The notes under the pieces: model-generated
Databases searched by the model: none
What the model saw: the letters and a program-made list of their open reading frames with translations, nothing else
What the model was told of the DNA's origin: nothing
Shown here: positions 17,802 to 27,786 of the stretch, one piece after another
Numbering within the stretch: position 1 is the first letter of the stretch
Layout of the letters: each line of letters opens with the position of its first letter
Translations under genes and position numbers: made by a program
Origin: a virus
Taxonomy: Duplodnaviria; Caudoviricetes
Reading direction: 5' to 3' (one strand)
Length of the DNA stretch: 38,229 nt
Virus record (IMG/VR): IMGVR_UViG_3300022936_000020
Span: 1 to 38,229 of that record

Positions 17802-19174
17802 TGCCAGAAATCCAGCTCGGCACGTCTAGTAAGAAGCGTCAAACGCAATGGATGCCCGTCATCCGTGCGGTGAACATGCTTGTCGAGCAGAGTGTTACTA
17901 ATCGGTTCAACGGCATTGACCATATTCAACGCCCGGGCGAGGTTTTGTTTGCCGATCTAGGCGCAGACATCATTCGGGGCGTGTTCCGCCAAGCGGGGAC
18001 ATTCGACGGCGACTTTATCGTCGTTTCTGGCGACGACCTATACCGTGTGGACGACATAGGCGACGATACGCTTGTCGGTTCCGTCCCTGGCTCTCTTCGT
18101 GTCTCTATGGCCGCGACATCCTCTCGGGTGCTGATTGCTTCTGACGGCATTGCTTACAGCAGCACAGGCGCATCTGTGACGACCGTCGTCATGCCTGATG
18201 GTCGGCTTGTTGGATCTGTCGCGCAATTGAATGGCTACTTCATCCTACCCGAGGAAGGTTCAGCGCGGTTCTACTGGACCGAGCCGGGGCAGACAAACCC
18301 TGACGGCCTGTCATTCGCCACTACGGAATCCAGCCCCGGCGACATCGTAAAGGTGGAGCGCGTGGGGGATGAGCTTTGGTTCTTCAAGGAAGAGGGGATT
18401 GAGGTTTGGGTACCTACTGGCGACGCAGACCTGCCCTTCCAGCGCGTTCCGGGGAGAAACTACGACAAAGGCTGCCGCGCCAGAGATAGCGTGTGCCGAT
18501 TCGATAACTCGGTTGCTTGGGTTGGAAACGATGGCCTTGTCTATCGTGGCGATCAGGCTCCGGTGCGTTTCTCCGATCATTCGCTTGAGGAGCAGATCCG
18601 CAAGTCGGATGTGGATAGCCTCCGCGCGTGGTCGTTTCCCGTCGATGGTCACTCTCTGTGGTGTCTGACGATTTCTGATGGAACATATGCCTACGACGCC
18701 TCTACGCAGCAATGGTCGGAATTTCAGACTTACGAACGCGCAGGATGGCGTTGTCATGTGGGAGATATGGGAGAGACGTTCGTCGTTGCCGGAAGCGATA
18801 CAGACGGGAAGCTTTACCGCCTAGATCCACAAGTCGCCAACGACGCGGGGTTGCCGATGGTTCGGCGCATTACCGGAGGCATTGGCGTCGTCGGTCAGCC
18901 TCAACGCATCAACGCGCTTGACCTGTATGCCTATACCGGGACGGCACAAGACCCAAATCTATACCCCAAAGTCCGCATAAGCCTGTCTTACGATCTTCAG
19001 ACCTATGATGATTGGTTCGACGTGTCGATAGGGCGTCAGGGAAACTACGGAGAGCCGGTGCGGCTGAACCGTCTTGGCGTGGCGCGCTATCCTGGCATGT
19101 TGGTTCAGTTTCAGGTGACTGACGACATCATCTGGACCGTCTCAGGTGCGGCATATAACGAGCCGTCTCGCTAA
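17801..19174 (+). CDS. Tail hub / packaged DNA stabilization protein (P22 gp10-like)
   Basis: SFATTESSPGDIV, ELWFFKEEGIEVW, FQRVPG, YAYDASTQQWSE, GRQGNYG..RLG. Confidence 0.85.
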   Translation: MPEIQLGTSSKKRQTQWMPVIRAVNMLVEQSVTNRFNGIDHIQRPGEVLFADLGADIIRGVFRQAGTFDGDFIVVSGDDLYRVDDIGDDTLVGSVPGSLRVSMAATSSRVLIASDGIAYSSTGASVTTVVMPDGRLVGSVAQLNGYFILPEEGSARFYWTEPGQTNPDGLSFATTESSPGDIVKVERVGDELWFFKEEGIEVWVPTGDADLPFQRVPGRNYDKGCRARDSVCRFDNSVAWVGNDGLVYRGDQAPVRFSDHSLEEQIRKSDVDSLRAWSFPVDGHSLWCLTISDGTYAYDASTQQWSEFQTYERAGWRCHVGDMGETFVVAGSDTDGKLYRLDPQVANDAGLPMVRRITGGIGVVGQPQRINALDLYAYTGTAQDPNLYPKVRISLSYDLQTYDDWFDVSIGRQGNYGEPVRLNRLGVARYPGMLVQFQVTDDIIWTVSGAAYNEPSR

Positions 19175-19827
19175 TGGCTGCGTTCAAACTTCCTCGCCTC
19201 AAGGCCAATCTTGCCATTGTGAATGGTCAGGGCAAGCCGCTCGACTATTTCTTGCGGTTTTGGAATATCGAAGTTGCACCCCGCATTGAACAGCAGGAGG
19301 CGGATCAGAACGCCATCTTGGCTCAGATCCAAGAACTTCAGGCCTCTCAGGCTCAACAACTCATACTGATCAACGAGGCGCTTGAGTTGGCTGGTATCGC
19401 TATCGGGCTGTCGGGCGGCAACAGTGGATCTCAGACGGTTGAGCGCGATATGCTTCCGTCTGCGTGGGTGCTGGGGCCTCAAGTCGATCTTACAGGCGTT
19501 GTCGCTGGAGATCTTACCATTCCAGGATCTGGGCTGTTTTCTAAATCTACGACAACCTCTCTTTTTGGAGAGACTAATGGCGAAATCCGACTAGTCGAGG
19601 TCGTGGCGGGCGTCGATACGATCATCGGCGGACCTTGGAACTTCCTGATTACGCGCGCTGATCCAAATCCAGCAGGAACAGTTTACGTCACAAACCCTTC
19701 AGAAATCCCAGTCTTTACGTCTGCCAGAACGACGACAGGCGCGGTCTCTTACCGTATCGACACCCGTATGCTAGACGGTGATGTGAACAACATTGACGTG
19801 AAGCTTTATGCAAGGCGGACGACGTGA
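19174..19827 (+). CDS. Putative tail needle/accessory protein
   Basis: Follows gp10-like gene; N-terminal coiled coil then beta domain. Confidence 0.55.
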   Translation: MAAFKLPRLKANLAIVNGQGKPLDYFLRFWNIEVAPRIEQQEADQNAILAQIQELQASQAQQLILINEALELAGIAIGLSGGNSGSQTVERDMLPSAWVLGPQVDLTGVVAGDLTIPGSGLFSKSTTTSLFGETNGEIRLVEVVAGVDTIIGGPWNFLITRADPNPAGTVYVTNPSEIPVFTSARTTTGAVSYRIDTRMLDGDVNNIDVKLYARRTT

Positions 19828-20279
19828 TCAATAGGGATGTCAAGTTCTGGGATTCTGTAGCTTTTCATCCTGAAGTCGCTCCGTTTGTGTTCATGGAGTG
19901 TGAAAAACAATCCCTTTCTCCATTGATCAAGAACGAATGCAACGAACCGTTTGCATCAGATAACGGCGGTGTTCTTTTTGTAAAAACAGATCATCTTGGA
20001 TCGATTTATGAAATGCACACGCTATTCACTCCAGAGGGGTGGGGCAGAGAGGTAGCAACGACAGGTGCGAAGGCGCTACATCACATTTTCAGCAAAGCCT
20101 TGCTCGTTTTCACTTACGAACAAGAAGGACATTGGCAGTCGCGACCCCCGAAAAGCCACCGCTGGAAGTCGTCTGGTGAGTTTGTTGACCAAGGCCTCTC
20201 AAAAAGGCTAAAACTATGGTATCTAACGCGAGATGATTGGTTGTCTTCGCCTGTAGGAAAGAAGATTCGATGCCCGTAG
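19824..20279 (+). CDS. Putative GNAT-fold protein
   Basis: IYEMHTLFTPEGWGR motif; usual podovirus position before ejection proteins. Confidence 0.6.
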   Translation: MINRDVKFWDSVAFHPEVAPFVFMECEKQSLSPLIKNECNEPFASDNGGVLFVKTDHLGSIYEMHTLFTPEGWGREVATTGAKALHHIFSKALLVFTYEQEGHWQSRPPKSHRWKSSGEFVDQGLSKRLKLWYLTRDDWLSSPVGKKIRCP

Positions 20280-20905
20280 CGGTTCCTCTTATTGCAGCAG
20301 GCGTCGGAGCGGCAGGCACTATTGCCGCTTCAAAGTCTCAATCGAACGCCGCCAAGAGCGCAGCCAATGCGTCTCAGCAGGCTACGGATGCGACAATTGC
20401 TGAACAGCGGCGTCAGTTTGACATCGCGCAGCAGAATCAGCAGCCCTGGCTTCAAGCAGGAACGCAATCGATTGGTCATTATGCCAATCTTTTGGGATTG
20501 AATGGCGCTGGCGCTTCTGCGGAAGCACAAAGAGTCTTTGAGGCCAGTCCTGACTATCAGTTTCGCCAGAACGAGCAGGGCCGAGCGCTGACGGCGAGAA
20601 ACGCCGCCCTCGGCATTCAGGACAGTGGCGCAGCGCAAAAGGCCGCTCTTCAATACAGTGGAAACTTGGCTTCAGGCGAGTTCAACAATTACGCCAATCG
20701 CCTAGCCTCTCTGGCTGGCGTAGGCCAAACGGCTGCAAATCAGAGCGCGGCACAGGGCCAGAATTTCGCTAACAGCATGGGGAATGCGCTCGGCAACAAT
20801 GCACAGAACCTGGCGTCGAGCTACGCGACCCAAGGCGCGGCGAACGGTCAAATGTGGGGCCAGTTGGCGGGCATTGGCTCTGGCCTTATCAATCGGTGGG
20901 GATAG
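20270..20905 (+). CDS. DNA ejection protein (P22 gp7-like)
   Basis: Hydrophobic Gly/Ala N-terminus, QQPWLQAG, SPDYQFR, SGAAQKA; Ala/Gln/Asn-rich. Confidence 0.8.
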   Translation: MPVAVPLIAAGVGAAGTIAASKSQSNAAKSAANASQQATDATIAEQRRQFDIAQQNQQPWLQAGTQSIGHYANLLGLNGAGASAEAQRVFEASPDYQFRQNEQGRALTARNAALGIQDSGAAQKAALQYSGNLASGEFNNYANRLASLAGVGQTAANQSAAQGQNFANSMGNALGNNAQNLASSYATQGAANGQMWGQLAGIGSGLINRWG

Positions 20906-22807
20906 ATGGTTCAGTTGATTAACCCCCTTGCAGCCGTAACCGAAGGCCAGCAATTCGTTGACGGCCTGTTCACTCAGCGCGCAAATCGTCAGGCCGGGGC
21001 TTTGTTGGCGGGAGGTAACAGTCAAGGAGCGGCGAACACCCTTTACCAATCTGGCGATCTCGCTGGAGGCCGTCAAATTGCGACGCAAGCAGCCACAGAC
21101 GCTACCGCTGCTCGCACTCAGCGAACGGCTGATTCTGCACGCCAGCTTCAAACGACTATGCAAGTTGTCAAGGCGCTTAAGGCCCAGCGCGACGCCGGGC
21201 AGGATGTAACTGCTGCTCTTGCGTCATACCGTCCTACGTTTTTGGCTATCGGGACAAACCCGCAAGAGTTTGATCAAATTGCTGCTCAGGTCGCTGCCAA
21301 CCCTGCGTTTTTGGATCAGGTGGAGGCGCTAACCGCTCAAGCAATGGAATATGAGCTGAGGGCTGGCGCTAACGGAGACACCGTTGCAGTTGGCCTTAAT
21401 CCGCTTACGGGACAGACATCTTCGTCGGTCGCTTACTCAGCGCCGCGTGAGGCCAAGCGCGTTGCTGTCGGCAATGATTTTATCGAGGTTTCAGAAGACG
21501 GAACCGTTACGCCGCTTTACCAAGGAGCCAAGGCCCCCGAGTATCGTTCAGTTCGAAATTCTGATGGAACGGAAACGATTGTTGAGGTTGGCGGGCGTCC
21601 AGGCGGGGTGATTGGAGGGTCTGGAGCGTCCGCAAACTCCGGCGTTCCACGCGGAATCCGCAACAATAATCCAGGCAATATCGAGGACGGTCCATTTGCT
21701 AGGTCGTTGCCGGGTTATGCTGGATCGGATGGTCGGTTTGCTATCTTTAATGACCTGTCGTCTGGAGAGGGAGCGCAAACTCGCCTGCTAGGGTCATACG
21801 TTCAGAGAGGGTTCGACACTCCCGCTGAGATCATCAATCGGTGGGCTCCTCCGTCTGACAACAACCCTACAGGCGCATACATCAACTATGTTGCGCGCCG
21901 CGCCGGAATAGGCCCCAACGACCGCGTAACAGAAGACAAAATCCCGCTGATCGCTCAAGCTATCCGTGAGTTTGAAAACGGATCTCGTAGCCCTTCTAAT
22001 GGCGCTGCTGCTCCCGCCACATCGGCAGGCGGCGGCGCTCGGGTTGTCGCACAGGGCGAAAATCGAGGTCTAAGCCCTGCTGAGCAGCGCGCACAGGCTA
22101 CGGCAGATCGCGCGGAGCGTCGGCAAGACCAAGCAGAGGAGAATTCAAATCGACGCGATGAGGTCAATCTTCGGCGTGAGTTTAACAACCGTCAGGAAGT
22201 CAAAGACTTTCGAACTGTTCAGTCTGCCTATAACAGCGTTCAGGCTGCGGCTCGCAATCCGTCTGCTGCGGGCGACCTTTCTCTAATCTTCGCTTACATG
22301 AAGATTCTAGATCCCGGCTCGGTTGTTCGGGAGCAAGAGTTTGCCAATGCTCAAAATGCTGCTGGCGTTCCTGAACGTATTCGCAACCTCTACAACCGCG
22401 CAATCAATGGTCAGCGCCTAAACCCCAATCAGCGCAATGACTTTTTAACCCAAGCGAACAATCTGTTTCAAACTCGTCAGCAAACTTATCGCGGTATTGA
22501 GAACGAGTATCGTGGATATGCGGATAGCTACGGCGTTTCGCCTGATCGGGTTGCGCCGCCGCAAGGTGGCCAGCCTCAACGCCAGCGCTCAGGCAACACG
22601 CCTGGCGTTCGCTTTGACCTGACGCCCGCGCAACAGCAGGCGCGTCAACGCGTGATCGGTTCTGGCGGTCGCCCTTCTGAACGGCTGGGAAGCACTCGCA
22701 ATCCCTATTACATCAACCCCGCTGACGTGACGGCTAGTTTCGCCAACGTTCCACGCGGTGGATATTTCATCACGCCTGATGGTCAGGTTCGGGGGCCTAA
22801 ACCTTAA
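20906..22807 (+). CDS. DNA ejection/internal virion protein with lysozyme-like domain
   Basis: RGIRNNNPGNI..GRFAIF..IINRWAPPSDNNPTGAYINYVA; MKILDPGSVVREQEF. Confidence 0.8.
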   Translation: MVQLINPLAAVTEGQQFVDGLFTQRANRQAGALLAGGNSQGAANTLYQSGDLAGGRQIATQAATDATAARTQRTADSARQLQTTMQVVKALKAQRDAGQDVTAALASYRPTFLAIGTNPQEFDQIAAQVAANPAFLDQVEALTAQAMEYELRAGANGDTVAVGLNPLTGQTSSSVAYSAPREAKRVAVGNDFIEVSEDGTVTPLYQGAKAPEYRSVRNSDGTETIVEVGGRPGGVIGGSGASANSGVPRGIRNNNPGNIEDGPFARSLPGYAGSDGRFAIFNDLSSGEGAQTRLLGSYVQRGFDTPAEIINRWAPPSDNNPTGAYINYVARRAGIGPNDRVTEDKIPLIAQAIREFENGSRSPSNGAAAPATSAGGGARVVAQGENRGLSPAEQRAQATADRAERRQDQAEENSNRRDEVNLRREFNNRQEVKDFRTVQSAYNSVQAAARNPSAAGDLSLIFAYMKILDPGSVVREQEFANAQNAAGVPERIRNLYNRAINGQRLNPNQRNDFLTQANNLFQTRQQTYRGIENEYRGYADSYGVSPDRVAPPQGGQPQRQRSGNTPGVRFDLTPAQQQARQRVIGSGGRPSERLGSTRNPYYINPADVTASFANVPRGGYFITPDGQVRGPKP

Positions 22808-25050
22808 TGGCTGATCCTTGGGATAACATTCCGGTCGTTTCTGCGCCGCGCACTCGTGAACCTCAACGGCCTGCGTATGGCGTTGTGGCAGAATCCTATA
22901 CGAATGAGCCTGCTGAGCAACTTCGTGCGCAAGGTTACGAACTAGAGCCTTCGACTGGCAAATGGGTCAAGGTTGTTGGAACAGCGCCTTACCCTGGCTC
23001 AGAGACTCAAAGCCCTGCGCCTTGGGATAGCGTTCCCGTCCTCACAGATTCCCAAACACGCGCAGCCGAACAGGCTGTCACGACCAACGGCGCATACGAC
23101 GCAGGCAACTCCGTCTATCAGGGACTGTTGGCTGGCTTTGCAGATGAGCTTGCGGGCAAGTCCGCTCGCCTGGGTCAGCTAGGCCGAAATGCAATCCGTC
23201 GCGTTCGGGGTCAGCCTATCGAGATCAATTCGGCAGACCTTAGCAACGCCGTAACGAATGAATGGCGTCAACAAGAGCGTCAGTTTGCGCAATCCAATCC
23301 TGTTCAGAACATAGGCGGTCAGGTCGCGGGCGGCTTGCTGACAGGCGGACTCGCTGTTGGCACAGGCGTTCGCGGCGCAGCTATCACCGGCTCTCTCTAC
23401 GGCGCGACATCAGGCGCGGGCAACGCAGAAGGCGGCGTAGTCGAGCGCCTGCCTAGCGCGGCTGTGGGCGGTGTTGTGGGCGGTGCGTTGGGCGGCGCTG
23501 TGCAGGGCGCTGGTCAGGTTGCTGCTCCGTATATCAGCCGGATTGCGGGGATTACGGGTGTCGGAACGCGGCCTATCCGAGAAGCGGCGGGGAATGTGTT
23601 TGGTCAACGTGCCGCTCCCGAAGTCGTCGCAGCACGCCGTTTGTCTGACCAGCTTGGACGCAGCGGCGTCACGCCAGAAGCCGCATCGGCAGATATTCTT
23701 CGGTTCCGTAGCGCTGGCCTTGAGCCGTCCATTATTGATGTTGGCGGTCAAAATCTTCGCGCCACTGTTCGGGCCTCCGCTTCTGGCGAAGGGCCTGGAC
23801 GTGAGTTAGCGACGCAATACGCAGAAGGTGTTCGCTCGTCTGTCGGGCCTCGCACTATTGCGCGCGCACGCAGGCTGACGACGGATAACCGCGACGCTAT
23901 CCAAGTGGCTCGCGATCTGACTTCGGCGCGTCGGACGGAGGCCCGCGATCTCTACGGTGACGCCTACAATCAGGAAATCACCGTGCCGATTGAAATCGTC
24001 GGTGCGCTTCGTGGTCCTGAAGGCGCGGCTGCTATTGCAGAGGCCCGTCGCATTGCCGCCCTTGAGCGAGACGCCGATGCGCTTCGCGCGTTGGATGATC
24101 TGGCGACGGCTGATTTCGATCAAGCCACGACTGCGACAGGCAAGGCTCTGGATTACGTGCGTCAGGCATACGCCGACATGGCGCAAGGAGCGGAAGGCAA
24201 TCTTGGCGCGGCTCTAACAGGGCGTGTTAATGAAATCGAAGAGGGGCTGAACCTCATTCCCGAACTTCGCACGGCTCGCAATGCCTATCGGAGCGCATCG
24301 GAACAGATTGATGCGGTGGGCGGCGTTCCAAACGGCTTGGGTCGCCAACAACTTGGCAGGCCAGATCGTGCGCCCCAGAACGTGATCACAACCGATGCGT
24401 CTCGCTATGGCGAATACGTCGGAGGGCTGTCCGAGCCTGCTCAGGCCGCAAACCAAATCTATCAGCGCGACCAGATCGTCCGTTCGCTAGGACAGGCCAG
24501 AGAAGGCGCTGTAGGGCCTTTAAACGCTATAAGCGCAGGCAGCAATCTTCCGGCTGGACCGAACGCCCCCATAGTCGCGCGTAACCTTGAGGCGACATTC
24601 CCTGGTCAGGGCCAGCAGTTCCAGCAGGATATTCGCCTTGCCCGCGATCAAGTCACGGGCGCGAACTTCATCGATCCCAACTCTGGATCTCAGTCCGCTC
24701 CACGCTTGCAAGACGCGGCGGCGGAAGGCCTGCAACAAACCGCCAATGTCGCTACAGGCGGAAAAGCCGCCATCCTTCGCTTGGCTATCGACAACGCCAT
24801 TCGTCGCGTCGGTCTGAACGAGGCAGAGCGCGAAGCTATTGTTCGGCTTGGCATTGGTTCGGCTGATGAACTGGAGCGCATCGCTCGTCTAGCGGAAGAG
24901 TCGCGCCGCCTAGGCCGTCGCACGCCTAGAGAAGTTCGCGCCTATATTCTGCGGACTCGCAACGTGCTTGGCGCTCAGACGCCCGAACAATTGCAAATCG
25001 AGCGTCTTCTTTTGCCTGCTCCCGCATCAGCAGAAGAAGAACAGCAATGA
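22807..25050 (+). CDS. Large DNA ejection/internal virion protein
   Basis: 747 aa, Ala/Gly/Arg-rich, with Gly-rich hydrophobic stretches; third gene of the ejection cluster. Confidence 0.75.
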   Translation: MADPWDNIPVVSAPRTREPQRPAYGVVAESYTNEPAEQLRAQGYELEPSTGKWVKVVGTAPYPGSETQSPAPWDSVPVLTDSQTRAAEQAVTTNGAYDAGNSVYQGLLAGFADELAGKSARLGQLGRNAIRRVRGQPIEINSADLSNAVTNEWRQQERQFAQSNPVQNIGGQVAGGLLTGGLAVGTGVRGAAITGSLYGATSGAGNAEGGVVERLPSAAVGGVVGGALGGAVQGAGQVAAPYISRIAGITGVGTRPIREAAGNVFGQRAAPEVVAARRLSDQLGRSGVTPEAASADILRFRSAGLEPSIIDVGGQNLRATVRASASGEGPGRELATQYAEGVRSSVGPRTIARARRLTTDNRDAIQVARDLTSARRTEARDLYGDAYNQEITVPIEIVGALRGPEGAAAIAEARRIAALERDADALRALDDLATADFDQATTATGKALDYVRQAYADMAQGAEGNLGAALTGRVNEIEEGLNLIPELRTARNAYRSASEQIDAVGGVPNGLGRQQLGRPDRAPQNVITTDASRYGEYVGGLSEPAQAANQIYQRDQIVRSLGQAREGAVGPLNAISAGSNLPAGPNAPIVARNLEATFPGQGQQFQQDIRLARDQVTGANFIDPNSGSQSAPRLQDAAAEGLQQTANVATGGKAAILRLAIDNAIRRVGLNEAEREAIVRLGIGSADELERIARLAEESRRLGRRTPREVRAYILRTRNVLGAQTPEQLQIERLLLPAPASAEEEQQ

Positions 25051-25144
25051 GCGTCGCCAACCAGAATGGCTCCGCTGACTGCCATATGATATACGTGATC
25101 AAGAACGCTCGCACGAGCCAACAATACCACAGGGAATACGATTA

Positions 25145-26968
25145 ATGGCTAGCGGTCGTCTTTTTATCCCCGGCTGGATGCCCGCTCGCGATAGCAATGG
25201 CGATCCTATTCCTAATGTGGTTGTGTCGTTTTATCAGAACGAGACTGACGTTCTTGCGTCTGTTTATGCTGATGAGGCCCTGACTGTCCCTCTGACGAAC
25301 CCTGTTGCAGCCAATTCATCGGGTCGATTCCCTCAGATATACGCCAGCGACGCCATGACCTACAGTGCATCTGTTGATGCGCCTTATGGTCCCGCTGGAC
25401 AGCCCTTCACGTTTGATGGCCTCCAAGCATCTCAGGCTGCGGACATCGCAGCCGCAAATCTGGCACAAGGCGCTGCGGAAGATGCTGAGGCTGCTTTGGC
25501 AGCGACTGAGGCGGCTATTGATGCCGCAACTCAGGTTGGAGGCGGCGCGGCGGCCCTTGCTGGCGCGCTTGCGGGGGCCACCGCTGGCACAGCCGCCGCT
25601 AACGTGGTTGTGGCGACAAAGCTGGATAAGGGTCAAAATCTAGCCGATCTAAATTCCATTGCCACAGCACGGGCCAACATCGGCTTGGGCGTCTATAAGC
25701 GTCCAGAAGACTTTGACCCGACAGCGGGAAGCGGAGGCGATGATACAGCCGCGATCCAAGCCGCAATCGACGCAGCAAAAGGCTCGGGCGCAAGCGGACG
25801 CGCTTCTGCATCTGTGCTTCTGTCAGCTAAAGATTACCGGGTAACAGGACTGACGATCAATCGTCCTTTGGATATGTTTGGAGTAGGATCAAAGGCTAGT
25901 CGAATCATTCTTGTTGAATCCGCTACAGCCCCTGCCGTAAAAATCAACTGCGCTTTTGACACCACTAATTACTGGATAAGCGGAGGAACGCCAGCAGAGG
26001 TAAGGCTTGGCGGGTTCACCATTGTTGGCCCTAACCGCGATGCCGCTGCTGGTCAGAACGTTGCTCATGGTGTTTCTCTTGAGAACGCGGCTGTAAACCC
26101 GATTTACACGCGCGTCGTTCTAGATGACCTATTCATTAACGGTGTTCCTGGTGACGGTTTGAGCGCGACCGGATGGCAAGGGCTGCTTGAGTGGAGGTCT
26201 GCTTATATCGCCTATGTCGGACGATACTCGGTTTACGCAAACTCGGTCACAGACTGGCGCTTTATCAGCGGCGATATTTTCGGAGCCAAGAAAGACAACT
26301 TCTTGTTTTCGGGCGCTGTTGCAATGCAGCTTGTCGGCGTTAACTGTTATGTCGCACTCGAAAATAACATGAACATCTTTGGCGCAAGCTCGGTGGTGGC
26401 GCAGGGTTGCTATTTTGATCTTGCGGCGCAGCACAATATTCGCGCCAATATGGACCATCCATCTGCTGACCTTCGGATGTCAGATTGCACGGTTCGCTGG
26501 GCTAGTCAGCAGACTGACAATGTTTATTCCGACTTGTACATTGATCCTTCCCCTCGCGGGGGTCGCGTTCAGTTGAGCAATGTCAAGTTTGAAAACCCTC
26601 TTGTGAATGGATTTAGCGCTAAAGGGCCGAAATATAATATCGAGTTTGCGACGACAGCGATAGCGCTGACCCGGATACCCGGCGTGATTTTCATTGCAGA
26701 TGACGACACTGATCCGACTCGGGGTCCGCTGGCTCGTGCGCGGATCTCCAACGATATGCGCCGGGTTCGTATGTTCCGAGGGGAAATTCCGGCGGCGACT
26801 ACGGCGCAGCTTCGAAGTGCATCGGACCTGGTCAACACCACAAACAAACGACCTGGCGCACAGGTTTTTGAAATCGACAACAACCGATACTTGTCCGCGA
26901 TCAACGGCACTGTGACGGGTGGATGGTATCTAAATGGAACCTTGGCGATCAACGTTGACCTTCCGTAG
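25145..26968 (+). CDS. Tailspike / receptor-binding protein (head-binding domain plus beta-helix)
   Basis: N-terminal LTNPVAANSSGRFPQIY anchor; DDTAAIQAAIDAA pectate-lyase-3-type start of beta-helix. Confidence 0.85.
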   Translation: MASGRLFIPGWMPARDSNGDPIPNVVVSFYQNETDVLASVYADEALTVPLTNPVAANSSGRFPQIYASDAMTYSASVDAPYGPAGQPFTFDGLQASQAADIAAANLAQGAAEDAEAALAATEAAIDAATQVGGGAAALAGALAGATAGTAAANVVVATKLDKGQNLADLNSIATARANIGLGVYKRPEDFDPTAGSGGDDTAAIQAAIDAAKGSGASGRASASVLLSAKDYRVTGLTINRPLDMFGVGSKASRIILVESATAPAVKINCAFDTTNYWISGGTPAEVRLGGFTIVGPNRDAAAGQNVAHGVSLENAAVNPIYTRVVLDDLFINGVPGDGLSATGWQGLLEWRSAYIAYVGRYSVYANSVTDWRFISGDIFGAKKDNFLFSGAVAMQLVGVNCYVALENNMNIFGASSVVAQGCYFDLAAQHNIRANMDHPSADLRMSDCTVRWASQQTDNVYSDLYIDPSPRGGRVQLSNVKFENPLVNGFSAKGPKYNIEFATTAIALTRIPGVIFIADDDTDPTRGPLARARISNDMRRVRMFRGEIPAATTAQLRSASDLVNTTNKRPGAQVFEIDNNRYLSAINGTVTGGWYLNGTLAINVDLP

Positions 26969-27025
26969 CGTCGCGCCTGTCTATATAGAGGTGTAGGGCA
27001 ATCCTGCCCCTAATGGATGACTGAC

Positions 27026-27157
27026 ATGGCCGATGACAGCGGACCCATCAACCCCGACAACCCGCCTCAGCCTCCTCCGAAACGCTGTCCTGGATGCGGC
27101 AAGATTGGCTGTTCCGAACACGGCGAAGACAATGGTGGGATTGGAGGCAACTCATGA
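27026..27157 (+). CDS. 43-aa Pro-rich peptide with CxxC-x3-C-x2-H, absent from ORF track
   Basis: MADDSGPINPDNPPQPPPKRCPGCGKIGCSEHGEDNGGIGGNS; ATGA overlap with next ORF (alternative start 27017). Confidence 0.6.
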   Translation: MADDSGPINPDNPPQPPPKRCPGCGKIGCSEHGEDNGGIGGNS

Positions 27158-27240
27158 CCAAGCCACGCAAGACAAGCGGCCCGACGAATCCGACGAGACC
27201 GCCTAAACCACCGACTAAACCCGGAACCAAGAAACGATAA
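27154..27240 (+). CDS. 28-aa basic Pro-rich peptide, absent from ORF track
   Basis: MTKPRKTSGPTNPTRPPKPPTKPGTKKR; GGAGG RBS; TAATG overlap with the membrane protein gene. Confidence 0.65.
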   Translation: MTKPRKTSGPTNPTRPPKPPTKPGTKKR

Positions 27241-27782
27241 TGATCGTGGCTGTCTCCATCGCTGGACTTTGTTTGCTGGCTCTCGGGCTTGCCGACACGC
27301 GAGCGCGCTACATGGCGCTGATACTTGCGCTCGTCTGGCTGGAGACAGCCCTTTTCGACCTGATGGCGTCTGTCGATATGGCTATCGCGATGAGGCCATT
27401 GATCGACTTTTGCGGAGCTATCATGGCTCTTGGCGTCGTCACGCGAGAGCGTTGGAGCAAACTCGTTCCGGCGCTCTTTGCCGTCATGATGCTGTGTCAC
27501 TCAGCCTATTGGCTTGCATGGCATAACGGTGTTGATTTGTGGTATGCCTATCCACACGCGCTGAATGCGTTGTGGTTGTGTCAACTTGCCGCCGTAGCGT
27601 GGCCTGGTGGGGGTCAGTTGGTTGGAGTCGTTGGCGCTTGGCTTAGCCGTGTTTTCAATGGGTGGCGCAGTAATGCTGTCTTGGTTCCTTGGGAACAAAA
27701 AGCCCGCGCAATCGGCTCATATAGACAAGATGATGTCGGGGCCTGTAGCGACGTATATCTACCCTTCGATAAGCGAGCTTGA
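27240..27782 (+). CDS. Polytopic (about 5 TM) membrane protein
   Basis: Several hydrophobic segments with embedded D/H/N/Q; coupled to the upstream peptide. Confidence 0.75.
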   Translation: MIVAVSIAGLCLLALGLADTRARYMALILALVWLETALFDLMASVDMAIAMRPLIDFCGAIMALGVVTRERWSKLVPALFAVMMLCHSAYWLAWHNGVDLWYAYPHALNALWLCQLAAVAWPGGGQLVGVVGAWLSRVFNGWRSNAVLVPWEQKARAIGSYRQDDVGACSDVYLPFDKRA

Positions 27783-27786
27783 ACCG

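Noticed and set aside
27027-27240. CRISPR-like or tandem DNA repeat in the CC-rich stretch
   Set aside because: Similarity is at the peptide level (Pro codons); there are no regularly spaced identical repeats and no cas genes
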